Assembly: GCA_028681275.1 (NCBI GenBank)
Contig: JAQUIV010000001.1
Coordinates: forward strand, 880 to 64,879
Reading direction: 5' to 3'
DNA from: Aliarcobacter sp.
GTDB lineage: Bacteria > Campylobacterota > Campylobacteria > Campylobacterales > Arcobacteraceae
Length of the DNA stretch: 64,000 nucleotides
The notes below the pieces were generated by a model that searched no databases, was not told the DNA's origin, and saw nothing but the letters and a program-made list of their open reading frames with translations. Position 1 is the first letter of the stretch; each line of letters begins with the position of its first letter. Below are positions 8,714 through 18,273 of this stretch, in pieces. Both the position numbers and the translations under genes were made by a program.

Positions 8714-11700
8714 ATGAAAGTAGAAATACCAAGCGGTGCAAAAAAAATGACTTTACCTAATGGGCAAAATATTGACATACCAGATGGTGCAAAAAGCATG
8801 GATGTTCCTGATGAATATTTTGCATCAACAACAATAAAACCTGAAGTGCCGAAAGAACCACAAACTCCTAGTTATAATGATATTGGTAATGTTCATCCAG
8901 CTCCAATAGTTGAAAATACACCAATAAAAAAAGAATCTCTTTTTGATAAAGCTAAATCTTTTGTTAAAGGTGGAGTTGATGAAGCTAAAAGATTTTTACA
9001 TATGGGTGCAGATGGATTAGAAACGGGTGTTAATGTTATGAATCCAATATCTCCTATAACAGGAGAGCTTGATATTGTAAAAGATACTCCAATGAAAAAA
9101 GAGTTTCTTGAAAAACAAGATGAAAATAAAATTGATGATAAATTAATTGGAGATATAGAATCACTTGCAAGAGTGGATAGACAACTTTTTAGAGATGCTA
9201 CACCTGAAGACAAAAAAAAGTATATGGAAAATGTAGGTAATGTATTAGCTCGTGGTGGTTATGCACTTGGAAAAGATACTGATGGTAATTTTGTTGCAGT
9301 TGGTGAAGATGGAAAACCAAAAGCTATTACTAATGGTTTTTTTGAGGGTATTATTGATGGACTTGTAGCCGATAAAGGTGAATTTGCTGGGGCAATTAGT
9401 GGAGCTTATGCAGGAACAAAACTAGCTAAAACTGTTCCTACTGCTATTGGAAAAGCAGCAACAGTTTTGGGTTCAAGTGCAATGGGGGCAATGACTGGAA
9501 CTGCTTTAGATACTGCAATTAGTTCTTATAAAACAAATCAAAAACTATCAGTAGAAGATTTTTTTAATGAATTAGGTAAAAGTGCTGTTTTAGATGTGGC
9601 AGGTAATGCTATTGGTTATGGAGTTATTAAAGCTGGAAGTAAAGTAGTAGAGGGAACAAAAGAATTAAAAGACTATGTTTTAAGTGGAAATATAAATGGT
9701 GCTAGAGATATACTTAAAAAGGATTTAGGGATAGATGAAAACTATATAGATGATGCACTAATACAAGCAAAAAATCAATATAAGGAAGTTTCAGACTATA
9801 CAAACAAAGGGATAACAGATAAAGCTAAACAACAAGAAGAACTTTTAGCAGCAGTACAGAATGATAAAAAATTTGGTAATCAAATAATTCGTGATGTTGT
9901 TTTAGATGATGTTGATGCAGCAAGAAATGTTTCAAGAACAATTGATGCAAGAGCTAAAAATGTTTTAAGTTTATTTGATGATGTAAAAGTGAGTGGAACT
10001 GATATAAAAAATAGTGTTAAAGAGTATGAAGATAATGTACATCAAAAGTACTCAGACATGAGAAATACATTTAAAGATGCTTTTTCAGAAACTGGTTATA
10101 GATTTGATTTAAAAACTTTAAAATTTGATGAAACCTTAGAAAAGCTAAGTGAAAAAGTTACAGACCCAATTACAAAAGAAAAATTTAAAAATCTAAAAAC
10201 TACTTTAGATAACATCGTTTACGATAAAGACTTAGGGATAGGTGTTGTAAAAGATTTTGATGATTTACTAGATATTCGACAGATGATGAATAAATTTTAT
10301 AGAAAGAATCAGGGAGCTTTTGAATTAAAACCTGATAAAGATGCATTCTTTAATCTTGTAAAAAATATTGATACAGAGATTGAATCTTCTGTAAAAAATT
10401 ATCTACCTGAAGAAATTCATAAACCATTATTAGATGCTTTTGATAATGCAAGAATGGAATATAAACAAATGTATGATATTGCAGATACTAAGCTTTATAA
10501 ATCACTTATGGCAGATGGAATAAGTGCAGAGGATAGAATGGAAAATCTGATTAAACATACAGCAGATGATGAAAATGAATTTTCTACTCTTTTAAATAAA
10601 TTACCAGGAGAACAACAAGAAAAAATTGAAAATAGTATAGTTAATACTTTTTTAGAAAAAAACTTACTAGGTCAATCAAATGAGATACAAGCTATTGATT
10701 ATGCAAAAGTAAGTAATAGTTTGGGGAAAATGAAAGATTTTTTCACTACAGAAAGTGGTAAAGAATCTATAGATATGATTGATAATATGTCTAAAAAATT
10801 TGGTAATGATTTAGAACTTATTAAAGTTGCAAATAAAGCGAATATTGATACTAATGTGGGAATCGCAACAACAATAAAAGGTCGATTAGAGTATAAAATT
10901 GTAAAAGATAGTTATGATAGATTAATGAGATTAATTCCTTTTTCAAGTACTGCTAAAAGACTGGCTTTACAAGAACATATTAAACAAGCTTTACAAAAAA
11001 GTCGTACACCAATGGAAATGGTAAAAAGAGTTGCAAGAAGTTCTGAGATACCAGCTGATGAATTAGCAAGCTTGAAGAGTGATATTTTAGATTTTAATAA
11101 AACTCAAAGAGCCACTAGACAATCAGACCTTTTGAAAATCGAAAAAGAGAGAGAAGCCAGATTTTCTCAAGCAGAAGAAGAATTAAAAAAATCTCAAAAA
11201 CTTGCAGATGAAAATAGACTAATTCAAAGAGCAGATGAACTAACAAAAAATAGACCTACTCTTGAAGAACTAAAAGCAATGGATAATTTAGAGGGTGGAG
11301 GCAATGGCTACTTCTTCGCAAATATGTATCATCTTGATAATATAACTCCTCATCAAGCTGCGGAATATGATAGAGCATTAAGTCAATATGGCGATAAAAT
11401 AGAACTTAAAATAAATGAAAATAAATATCCAATAAATGTTGATAATAGAGCAAAAATTGAACAATTAAAAGATTATCTAATGTACACCAAACAAAGTGGG
11501 AAAGATGATACTGGACTTAGTGGATTAGTAAATCCAAATAAATATAAAGCTTTAATAGACGATTTAAGTAAAGGAAAGTTTAGAAATAGTGAGTACCAAA
11601 AAACTTACTATGACTTATTAAAAGCTTATGATGAATTTGAACCTAAAATCAAAGATATGTATGATGATAGTAGCTTTGCACCTTTTGTAAATGGTGAAAC

Positions 11701-13600
11701 TTTAGGTGGTGCTTTTATAGGTGGTGGAGATACAGCTTTTAATGAAAGAGATTGGAATAATGATGGGAAGAGTGATGAAGAAGATGTGGTGATTGGAGCA
11801 ATCGGGGGAGTAATTGGATTTAAAGCTTTATCTAAAATGTTTCCTGAATGGTTTAAAAGTGAAAGTGGAATAAATGCTAATAAGTTTAATAAAGAGAAAA
11901 AAAATATTTTAAAAGTAGCAATGGGGGAAAAGCCATCTACTGTTATTAAAACTTATGATGTAGAAAGCTTAGATAATTTTGTAGAATTTGAACGAGGTGG
12001 ATTTAATAAACATACTCAAAAAGGTGTTGGATTTGAGAAAATTGCAATAAGACATATGCAAGATGGAAGCAATGGATTTATAACACTTGATGAATTAACA
12101 AGAATTGGAGATATTATTAGAAATGGAGAATTTGAACTTAAGAAAAATGGATTAAGAGAATATACTTATTGGGATAATGATATTCGATATAAAGCCATTG
12201 TAGGTGAAAATGATAAAAATGAAAGGGTTGTAAGTTTTTATAGTAATAGACAGGGGAAGGGACATAATGCCCGAACATTATTTGACAACCCGTCTAATGG
12301 AGTAATTATAACATATAAACCTCAAAAAAGTTTCAAAGAATGGGTGGAAAATTTAGAAAAAAATGATGATGGTGTAGTAATTGGTTCATTCATGGGTAAA
12401 GCTCCAGTTATTGAAAAAAGCTTTTTAGATAAAGATGGATTTTATTCAGTTTTGGAAAAAACTATTAATGAAAAAGCTGGAGGAAAAATTGATTCTATTT
12501 CGCTAGCGAAAATGCTTGAAAACAATGGAGTTAAAGAAGATGAGATTGAATGGAGTGGACTTAAAGAGCTAATGAGCAATAATGAAAAGCTAACTAAAGA
12601 TGAGATTGAAAATACTATTAGTGAAAATAGACTTGTAATTGAAAAAGTTGAGAAAACAACTGATGCTAAATATGAAAAGTATAAGCTAGAGGGTGGTGAT
12701 AATTATAGAGAGTATCTATTTAAACAAGATAATAGAGAGAGAGGGGAAAACTTTAAATCACACCACTGGGATGAAAAGAATATATTAGTTTTTACAAGAG
12801 TAGATGATAGAAAAATAGATAATAAACCAACTTTATTTATTGAAGAGATTCAAAGCGACTGGCATCAAGATGGTAGGAAAAAAGGCTATAGAGGCAGTGC
12901 AGATATTATATACGATGTTAGAAAATTTTTTGGAATTGAAAAAAAACAATGGGATACATTTTCAAAAGATACTCAAGATGCATATATTCAAGATATGAAA
13001 GACGATAAAGTCTATAAAAAGATACTCGTACCTAATGCACCATTCAAAAAGAATTGGTACGAGCTAGGCGTTAAAAGACTCATTCAAGAAGCTGTAGCAA
13101 ATGATTATGAAAAATTATCATGGACTACAGGAACACAGCAAACGCAAAGATATAGTTTAGAAACAACAGCAGACCAAATTATCTATAATAAAAATTCTGG
13201 AGCAATACAAGTAAAAAATAAAGATAAAGATGTATTTTTTAAAACTATTGCAAATGATGAAGAACTAGAAAATATTATAGGTAAAGAAATAGCAAATAAA
13301 CTTATAAACGCCCCTACTCAAAATGAAAATGTATTTATGCTCAAAGGTGATGAGCTTAAATTTGGTGGTGATGGTATGAAAAGCTTTTATGACTCTATCT
13401 TACCAAATACAGTAAAAAAACTGTTTAAGAAATATCAAGTAAAACCAAAGATTGAAGAACTTGACGATAGTGAAGAAATGGTTTGGAGTATAGATATTCC
13501 ACAAAAGATGAAAGAAGATATTAAGAAGTTAGGTCAACCACTATATGCAGTTGGTGGGTCAATCGTTGGCTATGAAGCTATAAAAGAGGATAACAAATGA
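8714..13600 (+). CDS. Large virion ejection / polyvalent protein (BECR-like nuclease plus EEIQSDWHQ domain)
   Basis: 1628 aa; Gly/Ala-rich hydrophobic segments; GFEKIAIRH...VVSFY; LFIEEIQSDWHQ...GMKSFYD. Confidence 0.7.
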   Translation: MKVEIPSGAKKMTLPNGQNIDIPDGAKSMDVPDEYFASTTIKPEVPKEPQTPSYNDIGNVHPAPIVENTPIKKESLFDKAKSFVKGGVDEAKRFLHMGADGLETGVNVMNPISPITGELDIVKDTPMKKEFLEKQDENKIDDKLIGDIESLARVDRQLFRDATPEDKKKYMENVGNVLARGGYALGKDTDGNFVAVGEDGKPKAITNGFFEGIIDGLVADKGEFAGAISGAYAGTKLAKTVPTAIGKAATVLGSSAMGAMTGTALDTAISSYKTNQKLSVEDFFNELGKSAVLDVAGNAIGYGVIKAGSKVVEGTKELKDYVLSGNINGARDILKKDLGIDENYIDDALIQAKNQYKEVSDYTNKGITDKAKQQEELLAAVQNDKKFGNQIIRDVVLDDVDAARNVSRTIDARAKNVLSLFDDVKVSGTDIKNSVKEYEDNVHQKYSDMRNTFKDAFSETGYRFDLKTLKFDETLEKLSEKVTDPITKEKFKNLKTTLDNIVYDKDLGIGVVKDFDDLLDIRQMMNKFYRKNQGAFELKPDKDAFFNLVKNIDTEIESSVKNYLPEEIHKPLLDAFDNARMEYKQMYDIADTKLYKSLMADGISAEDRMENLIKHTADDENEFSTLLNKLPGEQQEKIENSIVNTFLEKNLLGQSNEIQAIDYAKVSNSLGKMKDFFTTESGKESIDMIDNMSKKFGNDLELIKVANKANIDTNVGIATTIKGRLEYKIVKDSYDRLMRLIPFSSTAKRLALQEHIKQALQKSRTPMEMVKRVARSSEIPADELASLKSDILDFNKTQRATRQSDLLKIEKEREARFSQAEEELKKSQKLADENRLIQRADELTKNRPTLEELKAMDNLEGGGNGYFFANMYHLDNITPHQAAEYDRALSQYGDKIELKINENKYPINVDNRAKIEQLKDYLMYTKQSGKDDTGLSGLVNPNKYKALIDDLSKGKFRNSEYQKTYYDLLKAYDEFEPKIKDMYDDSSFAPFVNGETLGGAFIGGGDTAFNERDWNNDGKSDEEDVVIGAIGGVIGFKALSKMFPEWFKSESGINANKFNKEKKNILKVAMGEKPSTVIKTYDVESLDNFVEFERGGFNKHTQKGVGFEKIAIRHMQDGSNGFITLDELTRIGDIIRNGEFELKKNGLREYTYWDNDIRYKAIVGENDKNERVVSFYSNRQGKGHNARTLFDNPSNGVIITYKPQKSFKEWVENLEKNDDGVVIGSFMGKAPVIEKSFLDKDGFYSVLEKTINEKAGGKIDSISLAKMLENNGVKEDEIEWSGLKELMSNNEKLTKDEIENTISENRLVIEKVEKTTDAKYEKYKLEGGDNYREYLFKQDNRERGENFKSHHWDEKNILVFTRVDDRKIDNKPTLFIEEIQSDWHQDGRKKGYRGSADIIYDVRKFFGIEKKQWDTFSKDTQDAYIQDMKDDKVYKKILVPNAPFKKNWYELGVKRLIQEAVANDYEKLSWTTGTQQTQRYSLETTADQIIYNKNSGAIQVKNKDKDVFFKTIANDEELENIIGKEIANKLINAPTQNENVFMLKGDELKFGGDGMKSFYDSILPNTVKKLFKKYQVKPKIEELDDSEEMVWSIDIPQKMKEDIKKLGQPLYAVGGSIVGYEAIKEDNK

Positions 13601-15414
13601 AAACAACTAAACCTTTATCAGAAAGTGAAAAAAGCTATATTTTAGAGAGCTTAAAAAAACAGAAAAAAGAATCTTATAATAGAACAAAAGACTCAAGAGA
13701 TGAAGCAATAAAAATAAAAAAGTACTTTAGAGGGGAACAACTTCCTGATGATGTAATAGCAATAATTAGCGGTAGAGACCAACCTATAGAATGGGAAAAT
13801 ATTGTTAAGAAAATTGCCAATAAAGTTATGGGATTAAAACTCTTATCAAAACAAGAGATTAATGTTTTTGGTCGGCAAGTAGAAGATATGCCCCAAGCAA
13901 ATGTTATTACAAATGTGTTAAGAGCTTCTCAAGATAGTACAGACTTTTGGAGCTATAAAAAAAGAGCTGATAAAGATTTACTTTTAGCTGGTATTAGCAT
14001 CATGAAGCCTGTAATTAAAGAACTGGGAGAAGTTGACTTATTAGGTAATAAAGAGAGAGATTTAAGATATTATCATGTTCCAATGGAACAATCATATTGG
14101 GACCCATATTTTGTTATTCCTGATGGAAGTGATATGAGATATTTCCATGAGGAGAGGTTGATTGATAAAGAGGCTCTATATGAGTTTTTTGATTATGAAC
14201 TTATTGACCAAATTCCAATTACAAATAATCTTGAAATTACAAATTTCTTAATTACTGAAGTAGGATATTCAGAAAGAGTAAAAATCACTTATAGTTGGTA
14301 CAAAAAGTATTCTAAAGAAAAAAGAAAGAATATTGTTTATTATGCTATTTGGTCAGATGAACTTTTATTATGCCATGAAGAAAGTCCATATAATATGAAT
14401 AGAATTCCTATAAGCATAAGAAAAGTAAATGATGCAGATAGTGATAAACCAACTGAATTTTATTCAATTTTTAGAGATATTTTACCTATTCAAGATAGGA
14501 TAAATTTCACTCATTTACGAATTGCAAATATGCTAGGAAGCTTAAAACTATTATTTGAATCTGATGCAGTTGAAGATGCAGAACTATTTGCAGAAGAATT
14601 TGCCCTTGATAATTCAATAGTTGAAGTAAACTCTGGAGCAATAAGTGGAACTAAAATAAAAGAGATAAAAAACTCAAATGATATTGCTCAACTTATGAGT
14701 GTAATACATGATAGAAGACAAGTTGCAGAAGAGATAATCGGGCTAAATAATGAAATCTTAGGTACAAGTGTTCAAAGGCTTAGTGGATATGCGATTGAGC
14801 ATCGACAAAATGCTGGAATGGTTGGACTTCAATTATTTATAGATGCAAGTATTCAACAAGATAGAGATTTAGCAGATATGGGAATATCTCTTATTGATCA
14901 ATATATAAATGCAGAACAAGTTTATAGAATGGTAGATGGATTTGAAGCTGATAGATTATTCAAAGTAAATGAGATTGAAAAAGATGCGAATGGAAGAGTA
15001 CTGTTTGAAAATGGTAAACCAAAAAGAAAAAATAAATTAAATATTGGAAGATATGATTTAATACTAAATGCTGTACCACAAACAAGAGGAAGCGTAGCAG
15101 AAAGACAAGCTAACTGGGTAGAGATAATGAAACTATTTGCAGGAAATGCAAATATATTACAACAACTATTGCCAAGAATGTTGAGAGATATTGAGTCACC
15201 TGTTGCAATGGAAGTTTTAGAGATAATGAAAGCAGACCAAGAAGCTCAAACTAAAAATGCTCAGAATAGTCAAGCTGAGCAACTACAAGCCAAAGAACTT
15301 ACTCTTAAAATAGAAAAGCTGCAAGAAGAGATAAATAAACTAGCAAGTCAAACAAATGTAAATAATGCAACTGCTGAAAAAATAGCTAAAGAGAGTAATC
15401 AAGCTATAGCTTGA
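13597..15414 (+). CDS. Portal protein (P22-like)
   Basis: 605 aa, YFRGEQL, SGYAIEHRQNAG, GRYDL, C-terminal coiled coil. Confidence 0.85.
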   Translation: MKTTKPLSESEKSYILESLKKQKKESYNRTKDSRDEAIKIKKYFRGEQLPDDVIAIISGRDQPIEWENIVKKIANKVMGLKLLSKQEINVFGRQVEDMPQANVITNVLRASQDSTDFWSYKKRADKDLLLAGISIMKPVIKELGEVDLLGNKERDLRYYHVPMEQSYWDPYFVIPDGSDMRYFHEERLIDKEALYEFFDYELIDQIPITNNLEITNFLITEVGYSERVKITYSWYKKYSKEKRKNIVYYAIWSDELLLCHEESPYNMNRIPISIRKVNDADSDKPTEFYSIFRDILPIQDRINFTHLRIANMLGSLKLLFESDAVEDAELFAEEFALDNSIVEVNSGAISGTKIKEIKNSNDIAQLMSVIHDRRQVAEEIIGLNNEILGTSVQRLSGYAIEHRQNAGMVGLQLFIDASIQQDRDLADMGISLIDQYINAEQVYRMVDGFEADRLFKVNEIEKDANGRVLFENGKPKRKNKLNIGRYDLILNAVPQTRGSVAERQANWVEIMKLFAGNANILQQLLPRMLRDIESPVAMEVLEIMKADQEAQTKNAQNSQAEQLQAKELTLKIEKLQEEINKLASQTNVNNATAEKIAKESNQAIA

Positions 15415-15430
15415 GACTCTTTTTAGTTTT
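15386..15430 (+). terminator. Hairpin at portal stop
   Basis: Palindrome TCAAGCTATAGCTTGA within AAAGAGAGT/ACTCTTTTT arms, T-rich tail. Confidence 0.5.
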
Positions 15431-15496
15431 ATTGAAGAATAATTTTAGAATAATGTATAATTATTTCGCTGGCGGAATACAAAAAAAAGGAAAAAT

Positions 15497-15772
15497 ATGA
15501 AAAAAATCGCTTTAATTTTAATTGCAGCTACAAGCATAACTTTTGCTTATGATAGCAATTTTGGTTCACAATACAATATGAAAGATTATAGTAAATCTTC
15601 AAATTCTTATTCCAATCCAAGTCGTGGATATGAAAAGCCAGGAGATAGCAACTATAATAATATGAAAACAGATGAATATATCTATGGTAAAAACAACTCA
15701 TATCAGGGAAGTAGAGCTGGAGATAGTGATTTTTCTGAAAGACAGATGAAAGCTTTGATGAGAGATAAGTAG
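15497..15772 (+). CDS. Secreted small protein (moron)
   Basis: Signal peptide MKKIALILIAATSITFA; TATAAT at 15456; AAGGA RBS. Confidence 0.75.
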   Translation: MKKIALILIAATSITFAYDSNFGSQYNMKDYSKSSNSYSNPSRGYEKPGDSNYNNMKTDEYIYGKNNSYQGSRAGDSDFSERQMKALMRDK

Positions 15773-16068
15773 TGAATTTTTTTAAAATATTTTTTGGTGT
15801 ATGTTTAATATCATCCTTTTCTTTTGCTATGACGGGAAGTGAATTAAAAGAATGCTATTATACAAGCCCCTCTTTTTGTGATGGTTTCACAATGGGAATA
15901 GTAACAGTTGGAGTACAAGCAGGTATTATTCAACCTTTACCAAAAAAAGTGACTGTCCCACAAATAATAGCTATTGTTAAAAAATATTTAAAAGAACATC
16001 CTGAATCTTTACATGAAGAAGCTAGTAATTTGATACTTCTTTCTTTAAGTAAAACTTTTGATAAGTAG
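15772..16068 (+). CDS. Rap1a/Tai4-like periplasmic immunity protein
   Basis: Signal peptide; TGSELKEC...FCDGFTMG...P..VT..Q...VKKYL..HPE.L...A..LI..SL pattern. Confidence 0.7.
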   Translation: MNFFKIFFGVCLISSFSFAMTGSELKECYYTSPSFCDGFTMGIVTVGVQAGIIQPLPKKVTVPQIIAIVKKYLKEHPESLHEEASNLILLSLSKTFDK

Positions 16069-16740
16069 AACTAGCCCCTAAAAGCTAGTTCATATAAATT
16101 TGGAAGTTCTACATTTACAAGTCTATCTTTGATAACTTCATATTTTAAAACAAGATTTTTGAGTTCTTGATTATCAGATTGTTTTATCTGCTCTTGAGCT
16201 TTTTCTTGTATATCACAAAAAAGGTCTAAAACTGCATCAAGATTATTTACACTATCTTTTAAAGTTTGCATAATCAAGCTCCTCTATCAAGAGAAACATT
16301 GTTTATTACAAATAAAGCTTCGTCATAATCCCCTTGCATAAGATGATACCAAGATTTTATTCCATAATAAGAGTTTAAATCTGAATAAATAGTTTTAATT
16401 GCTATTTCATATCTTATCTTTTTAGAAGTACTTAATTCTTTTGCTTTATTTTCAATTCTAGTTTTTAATATGTCTAATTGTTCTGCTGTTAAACTTTTTG
16501 TACTTACTACACTTTTTGCCTCATCTAAAAAGTTTTGATTTTCAGCTATAACATTACTTAATACATCTCTTATAATAGACCTAGTTTCTTTTAGCTCATC
16601 TTTGATGATATATTTTGTTTCTAAAAACTCATCTTTTACAGCTTCGATACAAGCTCGTTTTATATCTTGAAGATTGAAAGGTATTCCTTGAGTTTGTAAT
16701 TGTCCGTTTAGTTTTTCTTTCATCATGAAAAAGGCTTTTA
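16068..16740 (-). repeat. 673-bp inverted repeat, left copy
   Basis: Reverse complement of 36723-37395; about 5 mismatches seen, near the ends. Confidence 0.95.
16071..16277 (-). CDS. Small helical protein, paralog of 37186-37392
   Basis: 66/68 aa identical to the other copy. Confidence 0.8.
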   Translation of the reverse strand: MIMQTLKDSVNNLDAVLDLFCDIQEKAQEQIKQSDNQELKNLVLKYEVIKDRLVNVELPNLYELAFRG

Positions 16741-17032
16741 TAAGATTTACTTTAAATTCAATCACTTCTTTTGTATTTTTCAAGAAAGTCATCAAAAGAG
16801 TTGTTTGTTGTTCATTTAGCAGTGCAACTTGTTTTACTCTACCTTGAACTTGTTTCACCGATTTTAAATCGGCAAAAGGAATTTCACCAAAAATTGAAAG
16901 TTCATCATTATATTTTTTTATAATATCCCTGATACTCTCATATTTAACATTGGTATTATCTGCTATAACTATAGCTGAAACTCTTGGTTCATTTTCAATT
17001 ACATCGATTTGGATTGATAGACTATTTTGCAT
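16274..17032 (-). CDS. Rha-family antirepressor (copy 1)
   Basis: LLNEQQTTLLMTFLKNT...FKVNLIKAF Rha signature; C-terminal ORF6C-like domain. Confidence 0.85.
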   Translation of the reverse strand: MQNSLSIQIDVIENEPRVSAIVIADNTNVKYESIRDIIKKYNDELSIFGEIPFADLKSVKQVQGRVKQVALLNEQQTTLLMTFLKNTKEVIEFKVNLIKAFFMMKEKLNGQLQTQGIPFNLQDIKRACIEAVKDEFLETKYIIKDELKETRSIIRDVLSNVIAENQNFLDEAKSVVSTKSLTAEQLDILKTRIENKAKELSTSKKIRYEIAIKTIYSDLNSYYGIKSWYHLMQGDYDEALFVINNVSLDRGA

Positions 17033-17071
17033 TTTTATTCCTTTTATTAAGTATTCTTAATTTGCGAAGGA

Positions 17072-17100
17072 ATAATATCAAGTATTTTAAATAATGTCAA
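17072..17100 (-). promoter_or_regulatory. Sigma70 promoter of Rha copy 1
   Basis: TTGACA-17 bp-TATTAT on minus strand, flanked by TTAAG-N4-CTTAA palindromes. Confidence 0.7.
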
Positions 17101-17164
17101 TAGTTAAATTAAGTTTACTTAATAAATAAACTTAACTAATTAAGCTATGTAAATTTTACATGGC

Positions 17165-17386
17165 TTAACGATGTAGTATTTCATGGGCTTTTTTAATAAT
17201 ATTTAAGTCATTTTTTAATTTTTTATTTTCCATTAAAAGTTCTAGTGCTACTTGTGCTGTTTTTGGAATATCTTCATTCCATTGTGATATTGCAGATGTA
17301 CTTATTCCAAATTTTTCAGCCAACTCCTTTTGAGTTATACCGAGTTCTGCACAAACTTGCTTTACTATATTTTTTTCTTCATTCAT
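17165..17386 (-). CDS. XRE-family HTH regulator
   Basis: ELGITQKELAEKFGISTSAISQW. Confidence 0.85.
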   Translation of the reverse strand: MNEEKNIVKQVCAELGITQKELAEKFGISTSAISQWNEDIPKTAQVALELLMENKKLKNDLNIIKKAHEILHR

Positions 17387-17410
17387 TTATCAACCTTATA
17401 TATAAATGTC

Positions 17411-17449
17411 ATTTTATCTTCTAATAACTTAATATTGCGTTAATCCGTA
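17411..17449 (-). promoter_or_regulatory. Operator TACGGATTAACGCAA plus promoter
   Basis: Operator 17435-17449, TTAAGTT, 9 bp, TAAAAT. Confidence 0.8.
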
Positions 17450-17478
17450 ATATATTAAATAACTAACGCCTATTACAA

Positions 17479-17661
17479 TTATTTATCATTTTCTTTCAAC
17501 TCAATCAAGCTCTTAACTTTTTTATATCCAATGGTAATACCTCTTTCATTAAAGCGATTCCAGATAGCATTTATAGTCATTCCTTTAGTTTTTAATCTTA
17601 AAGCCCATCGCCTTAAATATCTATCTTTATCTTCTTTTGTTTTAAAAATTTTGGGTTTCAT
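17479..17661 (-). CDS. Small basic HTH-like protein
   Basis: LKTKGMTINAIWNRFNERGITIGYKKV. Confidence 0.55.
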   Translation of the reverse strand: MKPKIFKTKEDKDRYLRRWALRLKTKGMTINAIWNRFNERGITIGYKKVKSLIELKENDK

Positions 17662-17671
17662 TTTTACTCTT

Positions 17672-18268
17672 TTAATATACTTCTCTTGCAAAGGGAAATA
17701 TTTTATCTATATTTTTTTCAATACATAAACCATCAAAACAACCTGGTCTATTCTCTTTTTTTCTTTTGAAGTTAGTCATAAAATTATACTTACTATCACT
17801 TAAATCTATAACATCCTTTGCAACTAGCTCTCTAAAGTCTGCTAATAGCTTAAAAAGCTCTTCTAATTGTTTTTGAGAGCTAGAACTTGCAATTGGTCTA
17901 AAATGAGGATAACTCAAGATATTGCACTTTTTTATAAAATCAATAGTTGCAGCAGTTGGATTATTTTCAATATAGCTTTTTATATTTTTTAAACTGCCTA
18001 ACTCTAAAGGTAAATTTAGCAGCTCTTTTAATTCTATATTTTTATTTTCTTCATATGCGGTTCTTATAAGTTCACTATCACTTCTAAAGCCAGCTTTTAA
18101 AACATAAGGTGTATCTTCACCAAATGCTCTTTCTATTACATAACCATATCTAAAAGCTAATCTAAAATAGCTATCAGATTTTTCCAATATACTATTTTCT
18201 ATTAGCTCACTTATTTTCGTGACTACTCTATCCGCCTTTTCTAAATCTTGAGCTGATACAGTAGTCAC
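17672..18268 (-). CDS. Hypothetical protein downstream of parB
   Basis: 198-aa ORF coupled to parB. Confidence 0.7.
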   Translation of the reverse strand: MTTVSAQDLEKADRVVTKISELIENSILEKSDSYFRLAFRYGYVIERAFGEDTPYVLKAGFRSDSELIRTAYEENKNIELKELLNLPLELGSLKNIKSYIENNPTAATIDFIKKCNILSYPHFRPIASSSSQKQLEELFKLLADFRELVAKDVIDLSDSKYNFMTNFKRKKENRPGCFDGLCIEKNIDKIFPFAREVY

Positions 18269-18273
18269 TTTTG

